This document shows, piece by piece, positions 18,735-28,055 of a stretch of 64,000 nt of DNA (position 1 is its first letter; each line of letters begins with the position of its first letter). Where the stretch lies: positions 26,092-90,091 of the forward strand of contig JBBTRA010000004.1 of NCBI GenBank assembly GCA_038065415.1. The letters run 5' to 3'. The translations under genes were made by a program, and so were the position numbers. This DNA comes from Patescibacteria group bacterium (lineage in GTDB: Bacteria; Patescibacteriota; Minisyncoccia; Phycocordibacterales; PALSA-1337). The notes below the pieces were generated by a model, which had not been told where the DNA came from, ran no database searches, and saw only the letters and a program-made list of their open reading frames with translations.

Positions 18735-19859
18735 ATGAACTTTTCATCAATCCCCCCTATAGCTCTCATACTGCTCTCATCGGCCATAACGCTTATAGCG
18801 ATAGCCGCCCTCTACGCCCTCTACACCCAGATCAAATCCAGGCAAGCTCCGCAAAGCGAGCGCGTCAAACACGACGTGCGGCGCCATCACGCAAATCCGG
18901 TGATGTCCCCGCGCCCACACCAAGAATGGGAAGCTCATGGCACACTCAATCCAGCTGCTGTGGAAGATGATACCGGACGCGTGCATCTTCTGTATCGAGC
19001 CATTGGAGATGATGGGCTCTCCCATATTGGACATGCTTCCAGTGCTGATGGACTCTCTTTTGATAGAAGATCTTCATTTCCCGTATATCAACCAGGAGTT
19101 GAAGAAAAGCGACCTGATTACAAGAAAGATATTCGAGCCTATGATCCAGGAATATACACTTCTGGCGGTGGCTGGGGTGGACATGAAGATCCACGCGCAG
19201 TGAGGATCGGTAGCAGAGTATATATGACATACACCGCATTCCAGGGTTGGGATTCGGTACGTATCGGTCTGACATCTATCGCAGTAGCAGACCTCAAAAA
19301 AGAACGCTGGAACTGGAGGAAGCCAAAACTCATTTCAGCCGCTGGTCAGGTCAACAAAAACTGGTTAATTTTTCCCGAGAAGATCAATGGTAAATACGCC
19401 ATACTACATAGCATTGTACCCAATGTCCTCATAGATTATGTGGATGACCTAGATGGCACCTTTCCCCCAATACAAAGCAAGAGATTGGCGGGCCCACAGC
19501 CCGGAAGAAAAGGTTTCTGGGATAAGAGTGTTCGCGGAGCAGGACCTCCGCCAATAAAAACAGATATCGGCTGGCTTCTTCTCTACCATGCCCAAGATGA
19601 TCATCGATACAGACTTGGTGCCATGATTCTCGATAAGAACGATCCGACCAAAGTACTCTACCGGTCACCAGAGCCGATATTATCTCCTGAGATGTGTTAC
19701 GAAAATGATGGTAAGCCAGGAGTGGTATACGCATCAGGAGCAGTAGTGAAAGATGGTGAATTGATGGTCTACTACGGAGGCGGAGACAAGCATGTGTGCG
19801 TAGCGCAGACCGGACTCGATTCACTGTTAGCATGGTTGATGCAGTATGGAAAGATGTAG
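18735..19859 (+). CDS. GH130 family glycoside phosphorylase-like protein (membrane-anchored)
   Basis: An N-terminal TM segment is followed by a GH130/DUF377 pattern ('HGTLNPAAVEDDTGRVHLLYRAIG', 'GGWGGHEDPR'). Confidence 0.65.
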   Translation: MNFSSIPPIALILLSSAITLIAIAALYALYTQIKSRQAPQSERVKHDVRRHHANPVMSPRPHQEWEAHGTLNPAAVEDDTGRVHLLYRAIGDDGLSHIGHASSADGLSFDRRSSFPVYQPGVEEKRPDYKKDIRAYDPGIYTSGGGWGGHEDPRAVRIGSRVYMTYTAFQGWDSVRIGLTSIAVADLKKERWNWRKPKLISAAGQVNKNWLIFPEKINGKYAILHSIVPNVLIDYVDDLDGTFPPIQSKRLAGPQPGRKGFWDKSVRGAGPPPIKTDIGWLLLYHAQDDHRYRLGAMILDKNDPTKVLYRSPEPILSPEMCYENDGKPGVVYASGAVVKDGELMVYYGGGDKHVCVAQTGLDSLLAWLMQYGKM

Positions 19860-19907
19860 AAAAAGAAGGAACACAATAACCAAGATACAATAACAAAAAG
19901 CATTTCC

Positions 19908-21788
19908 ATGTTTACACTTACTCGCTCGGAGCACAACCCCATCCTCTCTCCTCTCAAGGAACATCCCTGGGAAGCCGCTGCTGCGTTCAATGGATCACCG
20001 GTGATACAAGGTCGCAAGACTACGCTCATCTATCGAGCCATGTCTGAACCAGAACTCCTCAAAAATCCCCATATCCGCATGTCCATCATTGCTCGTGCAG
20101 ACTCGAAAGATGGGATTCATTACGAGAATCGTGAGGCACTCATACTACCTGATACCGACTTCGATCGTTATGGCTGTGAAGATCCCCGCGTCACCAAGCT
20201 CGGCAAGACCTACTATATCTTCTACACCGCACTCGGTGGCTACCCTTTTGGCGCTGACAATATCAAGGTAGCAGTCGCGTTGAGTAGTGATCTCAAGACT
20301 ATCTCCGAAAAACATCTCGTTACTCCATTCAACGCCAAAGCCATGGCGCTTTTCCCTGAAAAGATCGGTAAAAAAATGGGTGCACTCGTCACCGTCAATA
20401 CCGATCGCAAACCTTCTGACATCTGTTATGCAGAATTTGATACACCTGAAGATATGTGGTCACCTTCCTACTGGGAAGAGTGGTGGAAAAATCTCGACGC
20501 TCACAAAGTCAGCATACGCCGTCTCCCGACGGACCATCTAGAACTTGGCGCGGTCCCGCTCAAGACTGAGAAGGGCTGGCTCATCGTCTATTCTCATATA
20601 CAGAGATACGGTCAACATGATCAAGCCTTTGGTATTGAAGTTGTCCTGCTCGACCTCAAGAATCCCCGTAAGGTCATCGGTCGTACCAAGGGGCCATTCA
20701 TGATACCAGACGAGTATTATGAACATACGGGCCAAGTTCCTCATGTCATATTCCCTTCTGGCGCACTCATTCGGGGCGAACATCTCGAGATATATTACGG
20801 AGCTGCTGATACCTACTGTGCAGTCGCGACCATACCGCTCGATAACCTCCTTTCTAGTATCACTGATGATCATACTGCTGGTATGAAGCGTTTCAAGGGC
20901 AATCCCATCATTACGCCTCGTCCCGGCATGATCTGGGAAGAAAAAGGTACACTCAATCCAGCTGCGATAGACATTGGTGACAAGACCCATATCCTCTATC
21001 GAGCTTTCTCAGCAGATAACATCTCTACAATCGGCTACGCCACATCCAGCGATGGATTCTCAATTGATGAACGCCTCGACAAACCTATCTACAAACCTCG
21101 CGTCGCATTCGAATCCCGCGGTTGTGAAGATCAGCGTGTCATGCAAATCGCCGACCGTATTTATATGACCTACACCGCGTATGACGGCGGTGTACCTCGT
21201 GTAGCAGTCAGCTCCATCAGCACCAAGGATTTTTTGGCTCGTAAGTGGGGTGCGTGGTCCCTACCAAACATCATCACCCCGATGGAAGTCGACAACAAGG
21301 ACGCTGCTATTCTGCCCGAACCTGTCGACGGCAAATATATGGTGTTCCATCGCGTACATGAGAGTATCTGTGCCGACTTCGTATCATCGCTCGATTTCTC
21401 CAAGGAGAAGGTCACTCGCTGTATCGAAATCATCGCTCCCCGAAAAGGAATGTGGGATGGCGGCAAAGTCGGGATCGCAGCTCCACCTATCAAAACAGCC
21501 AAGGGCTGGCTTCTTCTCTATCACGGAGTCTCCTGGAGCACGACGTATCGAGTCGGAGCGGTTCTCCTCGACTTCAAAGATCCGACCATTGTTCGTGCAC
21601 GTACTGCTATACCCCTCTTCGAACCGGAAGAAGAATACGAGCGCAAAGGATACATACCCAATGTAGTCTTCCCGTGCGGTGCAGTCGTCCGCAGTGGCAC
21701 TCTCTATATGTACTATGGTGGTGCAGACAGCGTAGTAGGAGTCGCAACCATCAAGATGGCGACTCTCCTCAAAATGCTCGAAGTATAG
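19908..21788 (+). CDS. tandem-domain GH130 family protein (two GH130 domains fused)
   Basis: Two collinear GH130-like halves, each with 'NP.I...........GCEDPRV' and 'YYGGAD' elements, are fused into one 626 aa protein. Confidence 0.65.
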   Translation: MFTLTRSEHNPILSPLKEHPWEAAAAFNGSPVIQGRKTTLIYRAMSEPELLKNPHIRMSIIARADSKDGIHYENREALILPDTDFDRYGCEDPRVTKLGKTYYIFYTALGGYPFGADNIKVAVALSSDLKTISEKHLVTPFNAKAMALFPEKIGKKMGALVTVNTDRKPSDICYAEFDTPEDMWSPSYWEEWWKNLDAHKVSIRRLPTDHLELGAVPLKTEKGWLIVYSHIQRYGQHDQAFGIEVVLLDLKNPRKVIGRTKGPFMIPDEYYEHTGQVPHVIFPSGALIRGEHLEIYYGAADTYCAVATIPLDNLLSSITDDHTAGMKRFKGNPIITPRPGMIWEEKGTLNPAAIDIGDKTHILYRAFSADNISTIGYATSSDGFSIDERLDKPIYKPRVAFESRGCEDQRVMQIADRIYMTYTAYDGGVPRVAVSSISTKDFLARKWGAWSLPNIITPMEVDNKDAAILPEPVDGKYMVFHRVHESICADFVSSLDFSKEKVTRCIEIIAPRKGMWDGGKVGIAAPPIKTAKGWLLLYHGVSWSTTYRVGAVLLDFKDPTIVRARTAIPLFEPEEEYERKGYIPNVVFPCGAVVRSGTLYMYYGGADSVVGVATIKMATLLKMLEV

Positions 21789-21789
21789 T

Positions 21790-22545
21790 ATGACCGCGTA
21801 CTCAAAACAGCTCATCATATTTGATCTTGACGGAACACTCGCTCCGAGCAAATCTTCTGTCGATCCTGAGATGGCCGAGTTGCTGGGCAAGCTCCTGGAG
21901 CGCAAGAAAGTTGCGATCATGTCCGGTGGCGGCTACCCACAATTCGAAACTCAGCTACTCCGCGCATTGCCGCACACAGGAGAAAACCTCTCCAACCTCC
22001 TCATCATGCCAACTTCAGGTACCAAATTATATATTTGGCAAGGAACATGGCGTGAGCAATATTCCGAACATCTGACGCTCAAGGAAAAAGAAAAGATCAT
22101 GGGAGCGCTCAACGCTGCACTCAAACAAGGTGGATATGAACAACCAGCAAAGATATATGGAGATCTCATCGAGGATCGAGGTTCTCAAGTCACCTTCTCT
22201 GCGCTCGGGCAGAATGCCCCCCTCGAAGCAAAAGCAGCCTGGGATCCCACCCGCACAAAACGTGATGCGATCGTGTCATTTCTGCAAGCACGGATACCTG
22301 AGTTTGATACACGCCTGGGCGGCACCACTTCTATAGATATCACCAAAAGAGGTGTGAACAAGGGCTACGGCATCCGAAAGCTCGAGGAACATCTCAAGAT
22401 GCCACTGGAAAGCATGGTATTCGTCGGAGATGCCCTCTATCGAGGAGGAAATGATTACCCTGCCAAAGCAACTGGCATAGACTGTATACAGGTTTCTGGT
22501 CCCGAAGAGACAAAGAAACTCATTGCAAGCTGGCTTGTAGAGTAG
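21790..22545 (+). CDS. HAD-IIB hydrolase, eukaryotic-type phosphomannomutase-like
   Basis: HAD motif I 'IIFDLDGTL', 'MSGGG' and motif IV 'FVGDALYRGGNDY' are present. The mannose context supports the call. The ATG lies 1 nt after the upstream stop. Confidence 0.5.
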   Translation: MTAYSKQLIIFDLDGTLAPSKSSVDPEMAELLGKLLERKKVAIMSGGGYPQFETQLLRALPHTGENLSNLLIMPTSGTKLYIWQGTWREQYSEHLTLKEKEKIMGALNAALKQGGYEQPAKIYGDLIEDRGSQVTFSALGQNAPLEAKAAWDPTRTKRDAIVSFLQARIPEFDTRLGGTTSIDITKRGVNKGYGIRKLEEHLKMPLESMVFVGDALYRGGNDYPAKATGIDCIQVSGPEETKKLIASWLVE

Positions 22546-22554
22546 CCACCGTCC

Positions 22555-22908
22555 TTGCACGGAAATCTAGGAATTGTACAATACCGGCAGTACCGAAAGG
22601 CATGTATGCTTCAAAGCCCTATAGCAGAGAGGATCTTGAGCGGCGAACACCTCGTATTGGTGACGATCGATGAAGATTGCTCCAGGCTTCAGGTCCTGAA
22701 GCACAATCTCTCGAATCTCGGACGACATGCTGGCATCCGTTGCAATGTCAGCCCACTACCGACTACTCGCGGCGACGAAGGAATCATCCATATCGAACAT
22801 GTGGAATTACCAAATCGCCAACGAGTCATCACCATTCTCGAAAATTCACCCCTCCTAATAACAGTCAAGCAAGACGATCAGTTGCATCCGAACAACACAC
22901 ACCCATGA
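22555..22908 (+). CDS. hypothetical protein (weak)
   Basis: ORF ending in a hairpin plus T-rich tract (22896..22945). No homology is recognised. Confidence 0.2.
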   Translation: MHGNLGIVQYRQYRKACMLQSPIAERILSGEHLVLVTIDEDCSRLQVLKHNLSNLGRHAGIRCNVSPLPTTRGDEGIIHIEHVELPNRQRVITILENSPLLITVKQDDQLHPNNTHP

Positions 22909-22954
22909 ATCAAAGCGGTTCGGGTGTGTATTTTATTCCGCCAAGCGCGAGTGT

Positions 22955-23905
22955 TTATTGCGCACTCAACATAGCTTCTGCTTTGCGAAGCAATATTCGT
23001 GTATCACTTTCCCTATTCTGAGAACCGAGCACTACTACCGCAACCTTCTTTCCACCAATATTCATAATTGTCACCATGGTCTCTCCTGCTTCCGGAGTCC
23101 TACCTGTTTTGCCCCCGATGAACCGAGGATCAGTGACAAATGGGTGCGTGCTCTGAAAAATATGAGACCCATGCTCACTTGTAGTAGCAACCTCCATGAT
23201 AGGAACGCGCGTAATCGCAAGAATGTCAGGACGGTAATTGACGAGATAGCCCGCGAGCGCAAATATATCTCGTGCGGTAGCCGCATTTTGTGGACTCACT
23301 CCCGACGGGTCTGCAAAGAATGAGTTCGGCATACCGATCTCCCAAGAATAACTACTCATCAGTTCTAGAAATTCTGGCCTATCCTCTGTCGATGAAGAGA
23401 GAGCTTCAGCTGCTATATTCGATGAACTGAGAAGTAGTGGATACAATATCTCACTCCGCGTAAAGCGTTCACCTTCCATGAGCCCACTCCTATCGGGAGG
23501 AGCCAAGAGGGCCGCGGGCGTGATTTCAATCGTGGAACTTGCTGACACAATATCGGTCGTCACAAAGGCGGTGACGAGCTTTGACATAGATGCAACCGGC
23601 AGAACCTTCTGACTGTTGTAGTCTGTAAATATATTGCCAGTAACTGTATCTCCAATGAGATACGCTCGAGCTGTTACACCCGGTATCTTCAAGGGATCAA
23701 CGATGGCCACACCTACAACTGGTTCAACATTTGTAGCGGGCGCAAAGAACGACGGATCTGGTTCGGTGGTGACATGGCGCGGTACGAACACCAACGGGCT
23801 ACTGATTACAACTTGAGAAGATTGGTTAATCTTGATACCTGCTGCAATACCGACAGCAGCGAGACAAGCAACTATGATTACGGTGAGAGATTTATCGGAA
23901 AGCAT
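22955..23905 (-). CDS. D-alanyl-D-alanine carboxypeptidase (peptidase S11, PBP5-like)
   Basis: SxxK 'ASMSK', SxN 'SSSN' and KTG 'GGKTG' motifs are in the correct order. An N-terminal TM/signal sequence is present. Confidence 0.75.
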   Translation of the reverse strand: MLSDKSLTVIIVACLAAVGIAAGIKINQSSQVVISSPLVFVPRHVTTEPDPSFFAPATNVEPVVGVAIVDPLKIPGVTARAYLIGDTVTGNIFTDYNSQKVLPVASMSKLVTAFVTTDIVSASSTIEITPAALLAPPDRSGLMEGERFTRSEILYPLLLSSSNIAAEALSSSTEDRPEFLELMSSYSWEIGMPNSFFADPSGVSPQNAATARDIFALAGYLVNYRPDILAITRVPIMEVATTSEHGSHIFQSTHPFVTDPRFIGGKTGRTPEAGETMVTIMNIGGKKVAVVVLGSQNRESDTRILLRKAEAMLSAQ

Positions 23906-23932
23906 TACCCATATATTGTATCCTATATCGAA

Positions 23933-24418
23933 TCATCTGGTAACCGATATACTGGGGGTTAATTCACCTGTCGAGCTTGCAGTAATCCTACCCGTACTAT
24001 CACGCCATATTTCATAGCCCGTGTTGTAGTCCGTTGTGTTAGTGAAGTGTGCTCCCGGTTGTAATGGATCAAATGGAAGCGATGATACATAATCTGGAAC
24101 GAGACAGGTCGCAATATCACCAGGATCACCTGGTATGGAAGAGCTTCTGACAATGGTGGCGGTAGTAGGTATCTCACGAATCACATCCTCGCACACAAAA
24201 CTACCCTTGTGTTCAGACATATTCTGGTGTATCGCGTTCAAGAGTGTATTCACATTACTGGTACGCTGAGAGTCGCGTGCCAATTTGAATTGCCGAGACG
24301 GATTGACGGCAACCAAGACAATCGCCGCCAACACGGCGATGATGCCGATAACCACAAGAACTTCAATCAGAGTAAACCCTGTGCGTACTTTTTGCTTAAA
24401 ATAGATATGTACATGCAT
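23933..24418 (-). CDS. type IV pilin-like protein (prepilin N-terminal cleavage/methylation domain)
   Basis: 'RTGFTLIEVLVVIGIIAVLAAIV' is the class III signal, G|FTLIE. Confidence 0.6.
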   Translation of the reverse strand: MHVHIYFKQKVRTGFTLIEVLVVIGIIAVLAAIVLVAVNPSRQFKLARDSQRTSNVNTLLNAIHQNMSEHKGSFVCEDVIREIPTTATIVRSSSIPGDPGDIATCLVPDYVSSLPFDPLQPGAHFTNTTDYNTGYEIWRDSTGRITASSTGELTPSISVTR

Positions 24419-24513
24419 GAATATATAAGTCTTATAAACTGATAATGCCATAAAGCTACCAAGATCAAATGAAGTAACGATGATGACGTGTTAGATATTT
24501 CATGAACCCAGGC

Positions 24514-24633
24514 AAAACAACCCGGGAAACTGTATGTGTGTGCTGTGTGGTTATGCAGAACGGTTCCCTAAGGTGCGGTGTACAGACACTACATAACCAC
24601 ACAGCACACACATACAGTTTCCCGGGTTGTTTT
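24514..24633. repeat. perfect inverted repeat, 42-bp arms, 36-nt spacer
   Basis: Left arm 24514..24555 (aaaacaacccgggaaactgtatgtgtgtgctgtgtggttatg) is the exact reverse complement of 24592..24633. It sits in the divergent pilin/dnaB intergenic region. Confidence 0.85.
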
Positions 24634-24701
24634 CTTTTCCCCATCTTTTCCCCCTTTATCCATTTACACGCCACTTTTTGACACATGATACAATTACGGC
24701 C

Positions 24702-26087
24702 ATGAATACAGCATCCCCCTACTTCAAGACAAAAGATCTCAAGATACCTCCACAAAATATAGAGGCAGAAAAGGCCCTTCTAGGCTCCATACTTATCCGC
24801 GGAGAGGCTATGCACGACATCGTAGATATCGTCGGAGAGGCATCCTTCTACTCCAACCAGCACAAAAACATCTGGGCTGCCATCTTCGAGCTTCACAGCA
24901 AGACGACTCCCATAGATCTGTTATCTCTCTCGGCTCGCCTCAAAGATAAGAACCTCCTCGAACAGTCCGGTGGCATGACATATCTGACCGAACTCATTAA
25001 TGCGGTCCCATCATCCACCAATGCCGACCACTACGCTGAGATCGTGCAAAAAAAGCACATCATGCGTGAACTTCTGCGTGCGGCGGAACATATCACTGGT
25101 CTCGGATATGATGAGGAGGGCGAACTCCACGACATCCTCGAGAAAGCTGAGAAGGCACTCTATGCCGTGACCAACAAAACTGGTTCACACAAGTTCGTAG
25201 CCCTCAAAGATACTCTTCATGAAGCATGGGAGCGTATCGATCGTCTGCACAGCACCAAGGATGAGCTCCGCGGAGTGCCTACTGGTTTCGTGGAGATCGA
25301 CAACAAGCTCGCAGGCTTTCAAAAATCAGACCTCATCATTCTTGCCGCGCGTCCTTCTATGGGTAAGACTTCCCTCGCACTCGATATCGCGCGCAAGTCT
25401 GCCGTCAACCACAAAGTACCCGTAGCAATATTCTCGCTCGAAATGAGCTCTCAGCAGCTCGTAGATCGTATGCTCGCCGCAGAGTCGCAGGTCGACTCTT
25501 GGAAGATTCGTACGGGTCATTTCGAGAAGCTCTCGGCCCAACATGACTTCAAGGCTATCAACGAGGCCATGGGTCGCCTCTCGGAAGCCCCAATCTATAT
25601 CGATGACCAGCCTGGCAACAATATCCTCAAAATGCGTGCCACTGCTCGCCGTCTCAAGAATGAGAAAGGTCTCGGCCTCATCATCGTCGACTATCTCCAG
25701 CTCATGGTACCGACGCAGGCCCGTGGTTCTGACAACCTCGTCCAACAGGTCACCGAGATCTCGCGATCCCTCAAGAACCTCGCCCGTGAACTCGAGGTAC
25801 CCGTCCTTGCCCTCTCCCAGCTCTCTCGTGAAGTCGAGAAACGCGGTGGTAAACCTCGCCTCTCCGATCTCCGTGACTCGGGTTCCATCGAGCAGGATGC
25901 TGATGTGGTTATGTTCATCCATCGTGAATCAGATCAGGATCAGGGTGGTCGCCGTGAAGAGGCCGAGATCCTCATCGAAAAGCACCGCAACGGTCCTACC
26001 GGTATCGCCAAACTCTTCTTCGACAGCAAGAAGACAACGTTCATGTCGGTCGACAAGGCTGATTTTGGTGGATTTGAGAAGATGTAA
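24702..26087 (+). CDS. dnaB: replicative DNA helicase DnaB
   Basis: DnaB N-domain 'IPPQNIEAEKALLGSIL', Walker A 'ARPSMGKTS', Walker B 'LIIVDYLQLM' and 'SQLSR'. The ATG at 24702 is preferred over the TTG at 24627, which lies inside the inverted repeat. Confidence 0.9.
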   Translation: MNTASPYFKTKDLKIPPQNIEAEKALLGSILIRGEAMHDIVDIVGEASFYSNQHKNIWAAIFELHSKTTPIDLLSLSARLKDKNLLEQSGGMTYLTELINAVPSSTNADHYAEIVQKKHIMRELLRAAEHITGLGYDEEGELHDILEKAEKALYAVTNKTGSHKFVALKDTLHEAWERIDRLHSTKDELRGVPTGFVEIDNKLAGFQKSDLIILAARPSMGKTSLALDIARKSAVNHKVPVAIFSLEMSSQQLVDRMLAAESQVDSWKIRTGHFEKLSAQHDFKAINEAMGRLSEAPIYIDDQPGNNILKMRATARRLKNEKGLGLIIVDYLQLMVPTQARGSDNLVQQVTEISRSLKNLARELEVPVLALSQLSREVEKRGGKPRLSDLRDSGSIEQDADVVMFIHRESDQDQGGRREEAEILIEKHRNGPTGIAKLFFDSKKTTFMSVDKADFGGFEKM

Positions 26088-26090
26088 TCT

Positions 26091-26708
26091 ATGGACTCAC
26101 TCCATCGCCTCGAAGAACTCTTCGCAAAATTTCCTGGAATTGGCCCTCGCCAAGCCAAGCGTTTTGTATACTACCTCCTCAACAAGTCCCCTTCATATAT
26201 TCGTGAGTTCACGCAACTCGTGGAAGAGGTCAGGAAATCCACCAGCGAATGTACCCAGTGTCACCGCATCTCATTTGGAAGTGCGAGCTCTCTCTGTTCT
26301 ACGTGCTCAGACAAAAATCGTGACGGTTCCCTGCTCATGATCGTGGCGCGCGACTCCGACTTTGAAACTATTGAAAAAAGTGGCGCATATCGTGGTCTCT
26401 ACTTCATTCTGGGAGGAACTATTCCCATCCTCGACAAAGAACCCGACAAGAGAATTCGGCTGCAAGGACTTCTCGAACATGTATCGAGGGCCATTTCAGG
26501 AAATCAGCCTCTCAAAGAAATCATCCTTTCCCTGAATGCGACTCCCGAAGGCGAACATACAGCAACTATCGCCAAAGAAGCCGTTGGTAAGATACTCAAG
26601 GACTCACCAGTCAAAATATCCCTTCTTGGTCGTGGTCTCTCGACGGGCGCTGAGCTCGAGTATGTGGATGGTGAGACCATCAAGAACGCCTTGCTCAACA
26701 GAAACTAA
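26091..26708 (+). CDS. recR: recombination protein RecR
   Basis: HhH 'FPGIGPRQAKRFVYYLL', a C4 zinc finger (CTQCH...CSTC) and a Toprim domain ending in 'DGET'. Confidence 0.85.
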   Translation: MDSLHRLEELFAKFPGIGPRQAKRFVYYLLNKSPSYIREFTQLVEEVRKSTSECTQCHRISFGSASSLCSTCSDKNRDGSLLMIVARDSDFETIEKSGAYRGLYFILGGTIPILDKEPDKRIRLQGLLEHVSRAISGNQPLKEIILSLNATPEGEHTATIAKEAVGKILKDSPVKISLLGRGLSTGAELEYVDGETIKNALLNRN

Positions 26709-26739
26709 AAAACCACCTTCATCAGGTGGTTTTTATTTG
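26705..26739. terminator. bidirectional intrinsic terminator
   Basis: aaaaaa-ccacct-tcatc-aggtgg-ttttt between convergent recR and rplU. Confidence 0.6.
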
Positions 26740-27050
26740 ACCGCGTCAATCTTCACTTTGAAGAAAGGCTGGCGATGGCCGTTCTTCTTGTAGTACCTGC
26801 TCTTCTGTTTGTAGTGGATGACCGTAATCTTCGGGGCGCGGCCAATCTCAGTGATAGTTGCCTTAACCTCGGCCTTAGCGATGTACGGGGTACCTACAGT
26901 GGTATCCTTACCATCATCAACAAGGAGAACTTTGTCGAATACAACCTTGTCACCTTCCTTGTGGGTATCGGAAAGTTTCTCGATAGTGATGACATCACCC
27001 TTCGAGACGGTGTATTGCTTGCCTCCTGTAGCTATAACTGCAAATTCCAT
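26733..27050 (-). CDS. rplU: 50S ribosomal protein L21
   Basis: 'MEFAVIATGGKQYTVSKGDVI...KITVIHYKQKSRYYKKNGHRQPFFKVKIDAV'. Confidence 0.9.
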   Translation of the reverse strand: MEFAVIATGGKQYTVSKGDVITIEKLSDTHKEGDKVVFDKVLLVDDGKDTTVGTPYIAKAEVKATITEIGRAPKITVIHYKQKSRYYKKNGHRQPFFKVKIDAVK

Positions 27051-27209
27051 ATGTGGAGACTATTCTACATTATTACCGGAAAAATGCAAATCTGAGGCGT
27101 GATCTCAAGGATATTCTCGTTCTGGGGTATAAAAAAGGGAGAATCCGTGAGGATCCTCCCTGTGCGCCCGCGATCACGCGGGACAAAGAACTAAACGAAC
27201 TTCTTGTGC

Positions 27210-28019
27210 TTATGGAGCTCCGAAGCCGCCTGCTGCAGTTTTCGAGAAACTGCCCGCCGCTGCTTGGCTGGCCCGCTGAGCCGACTTCGAGACCATGGCG
27301 AATGCCTTGCGGATTTCGGTCGGACTATTGCCGGGGGTCAGGATCCATTCTTTCGGGATACCCATGTCTCCGAACACCTGTTCGAAGTTCGTACTGCCGT
27401 CATCGATACCGACGCCACAGACGATGTGGTTCTCCTTCTTCAAGAGATCCCGCACCACCTTTTTGACATCAGCCGCTGACGAGTTTGAACCTTGGTCACA
27501 ACCATCAGTGATGATAGCCGTCACCGTCCGAGCGGGGATTCCGTTGTTTTCGAAATCCGCCGTCTTGGCGATGAGTGTAGCGAGGATGGCCAGCGACTGA
27601 TCGTAGAGCGGCGTGCCGCCGTTCGGATTGTAATTACGCTGAGTCATCTCCACCGCATGATCAAGTGGGACGAACGGGTACAGGAGTGTGCCGTTAAGAT
27701 ACCGACAATGAACCTGAACACCGTCGCCTGCTTTTGCACCTTTCAGGGCATCGAGGACGGTATTGTGGCCTTCCCGAACTGCTTCGGTATTACCAGCAAC
27801 CATCCGGATGGAACCCGAGTCATCGATGAGGAGCTGAACCAGCACCACTTCGCTTGCTTGAGTATCCCCTGCCGGTGCACCCATCGCTGCGGCGATCTGT
27901 TCGCCGATATCAGCGATCTGAAGAGCATCGGCCGCCCCTTGTGAGAGGAGACCGCTACTTTGCGCCGCTTCGAGGAGCACGGTAACATCCGCGCTTTTAC
28001 TGCCAGGATTAGTCTGCAT
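27210..28019 (-). CDS. von Willebrand factor type A (vWA) domain protein, TerY-like
   Basis: MIDAS DxSxS 'LLIDDSGSI', T motif 'GGTPL' and 'ITDGCD' are present. A hairpin plus T6 terminator follows at about 27137..27165 on the minus strand. Confidence 0.7.
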   Translation of the reverse strand: MQTNPGSKSADVTVLLEAAQSSGLLSQGAADALQIADIGEQIAAAMGAPAGDTQASEVVLVQLLIDDSGSIRMVAGNTEAVREGHNTVLDALKGAKAGDGVQVHCRYLNGTLLYPFVPLDHAVEMTQRNYNPNGGTPLYDQSLAILATLIAKTADFENNGIPARTVTAIITDGCDQGSNSSAADVKKVVRDLLKKENHIVCGVGIDDGSTNFEQVFGDMGIPKEWILTPGNSPTEIRKAFAMVSKSAQRASQAAAGSFSKTAAGGFGAP

Positions 28020-28055
28020 TCTATAGCCTTTCTTTTCTGTTTGTTTTTGTGAGGT

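Noticed and set aside
24465-24755. 96-aa minus-strand ORF spanning the long inverted repeat, and a TTG start at 24627 for dnaB
   Set aside because: Both run through the perfect palindrome. The dnaB N-terminus aligns better from the ATG at 24702. Translating a 42-bp hairpin arm is implausible.
25219-26340. 265-aa +2-frame ORF and other alternative-frame ORFs overlapping dnaB/recR
   Set aside because: Ser/Arg/Pro-rich low-complexity translation of the opposite frame of a conserved gene, with no independent signals.
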